From positions 1 through 64,000 of the forward strand of contig JANJGN010000140.1 in NCBI GenBank assembly GCA_026770705.1: a stretch of DNA of 64,000 nt, in the 5' to 3' direction. The DNA comes from Isurus oxyrinchus. Taxonomy: Eukaryota. Below, piece after piece: positions 63,040 to 64,000 of this stretch. Within the stretch, counting starts at the first letter, position 1, and the number at the start of each line of letters is the position of its first letter. The position numbers and the translations under genes are program-made. The notes beneath the pieces are model-generated. The model ran no database searches. It was given only the letters and a program-made list of their open reading frames with translations, and was not told the origin of the DNA.

Positions 63040-63357
63040 CTGGGCCCTGTGGTAGGACTGGATAACCCTAAGCGAGCAGGGGAGCAAAGGCTGGTGGAGC
63101 CAGAGGTTCAAATCCAGCTACAAGGCGCAATGATTGGATTCGGTGGTACCGAAAATTATCACTCTCGACAGCAGAATTTATAATCTACCTCTATCAGAGC
63201 AGAGCAACTGAGGATAGCGGACGGTTTGGAAAGTGTCTTGACAGGAAAAAGGTTATAACACTGTTTGTGGGAAGGAAGTGGTGGCTTCACACACAAGGGT
63301 GTATGGCTGCGGGAGGATACACATTGTGGAAACGGTTACCGATCCTGTACAACAACT
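63040..63357 (+). pseudogene. Decayed TCR V pseudogene (possibly 41.4k family)
   Basis: RWYRKLS..AEFIIYL..DSGRF; VVASHTRVYGC; CACATTG-22-ACAACAACT 63320-63357. Confidence 0.65.
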
Positions 63358-63589
63358 CGCATTCTTCTCAATCGTCGAGTTAATTACTTTCATCCTCACC
63401 ATCTCGAGTATCACTTTGTCAGTACAACAAATGAGAACTGTCATATTGTCTTATAGTCTCATCTGACAAAGATCTGAAACGTTAAGGGTTCCGATGCTGT
63501 GGGTAGACACATTTGTAGGAGCGTGAAAGGATCTGCGATTACCCAGCAATCGTGATTTCACCTGGATACATCAAATATAATGGGTCAAC

Positions 63590-63718
63590 NNNNNNNNNNN
63601 NNNNNNNNNNNNNNNNNNNNNNNNNNNNNNNNNNNNNNNNNNNNNNNNNNNNNNNNNNNNNNNNNNNNNNNNNNNNNNNNNNNNNNNNNNNNNNNNNNNN
63701 NNNNNNNNNNNNNNNNNN
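63590..63718. other. Assembly gap
   Basis: Run of N. Confidence 1.
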
Positions 63719-64000
63719 GAGGATAGATTTCTAAAGGCGTTTGTGTGTGTGTATGTGTGTGTGTGTGCGTGTGTGCATGGTTTTGAGTGTTTGATTTTGA
63801 CAGTGTTCAGCAGAAGGTAAATTAGTGAAGGTGTGTGGGAAAACCAGGGATGCATTGTGGATTGATATTATATTTCTGCTGTTTAGCTGTATACCTCTGG
63901 GATTTAGCTCCCTTGTTGCACAATGGCCTAGTGAACCTGATGACTGTTGCAAATAACGTGTTAATCAATACCTCTGGAACCAGCTGCTCCTACTGAACAA

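Overview
This is vertebrate genomic DNA, almost certainly from a cartilaginous fish (shark). It covers part of the V-segment region of the T-cell receptor alpha/delta locus. The centrepiece is a complete germline NAR-TCR-type cassette on the + strand: leader + VNAR-like V with a 22-bp-spacer RSS (17578-18089), a 12/12-RSS D (18416-18488), a 23-RSS J with splice donor (18803-18897), and a leaderless 'supporting' V-delta with a CDR1 Cys (21802-22101). The supporting V has lost its canonical first Cys (Cys->Trp) and is followed by a 63-bp-period ladder of three tandem 23-RSSs. The rest of the window holds about 16 further TCR V segments in both orientations. Four look intact (35.2k -, 41.4k +, 46.0k +, 48.3k +), two are open but damaged (31.9k -, 33.9k -), and the rest are pseudogenes. 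They are arranged in segmental duplications, and many carry a CTCF-like motif about 20-40 bp behind the RSS. Also present: a GPR139/142-like GPCR pseudogene, many CR1/L2 LINE, SINE and Penelope-like fragments, a 27-bp minisatellite in opposing orientations, and two assembly gaps. Most ORF-track entries are spurious. All calls were made by eye; no searches were run.
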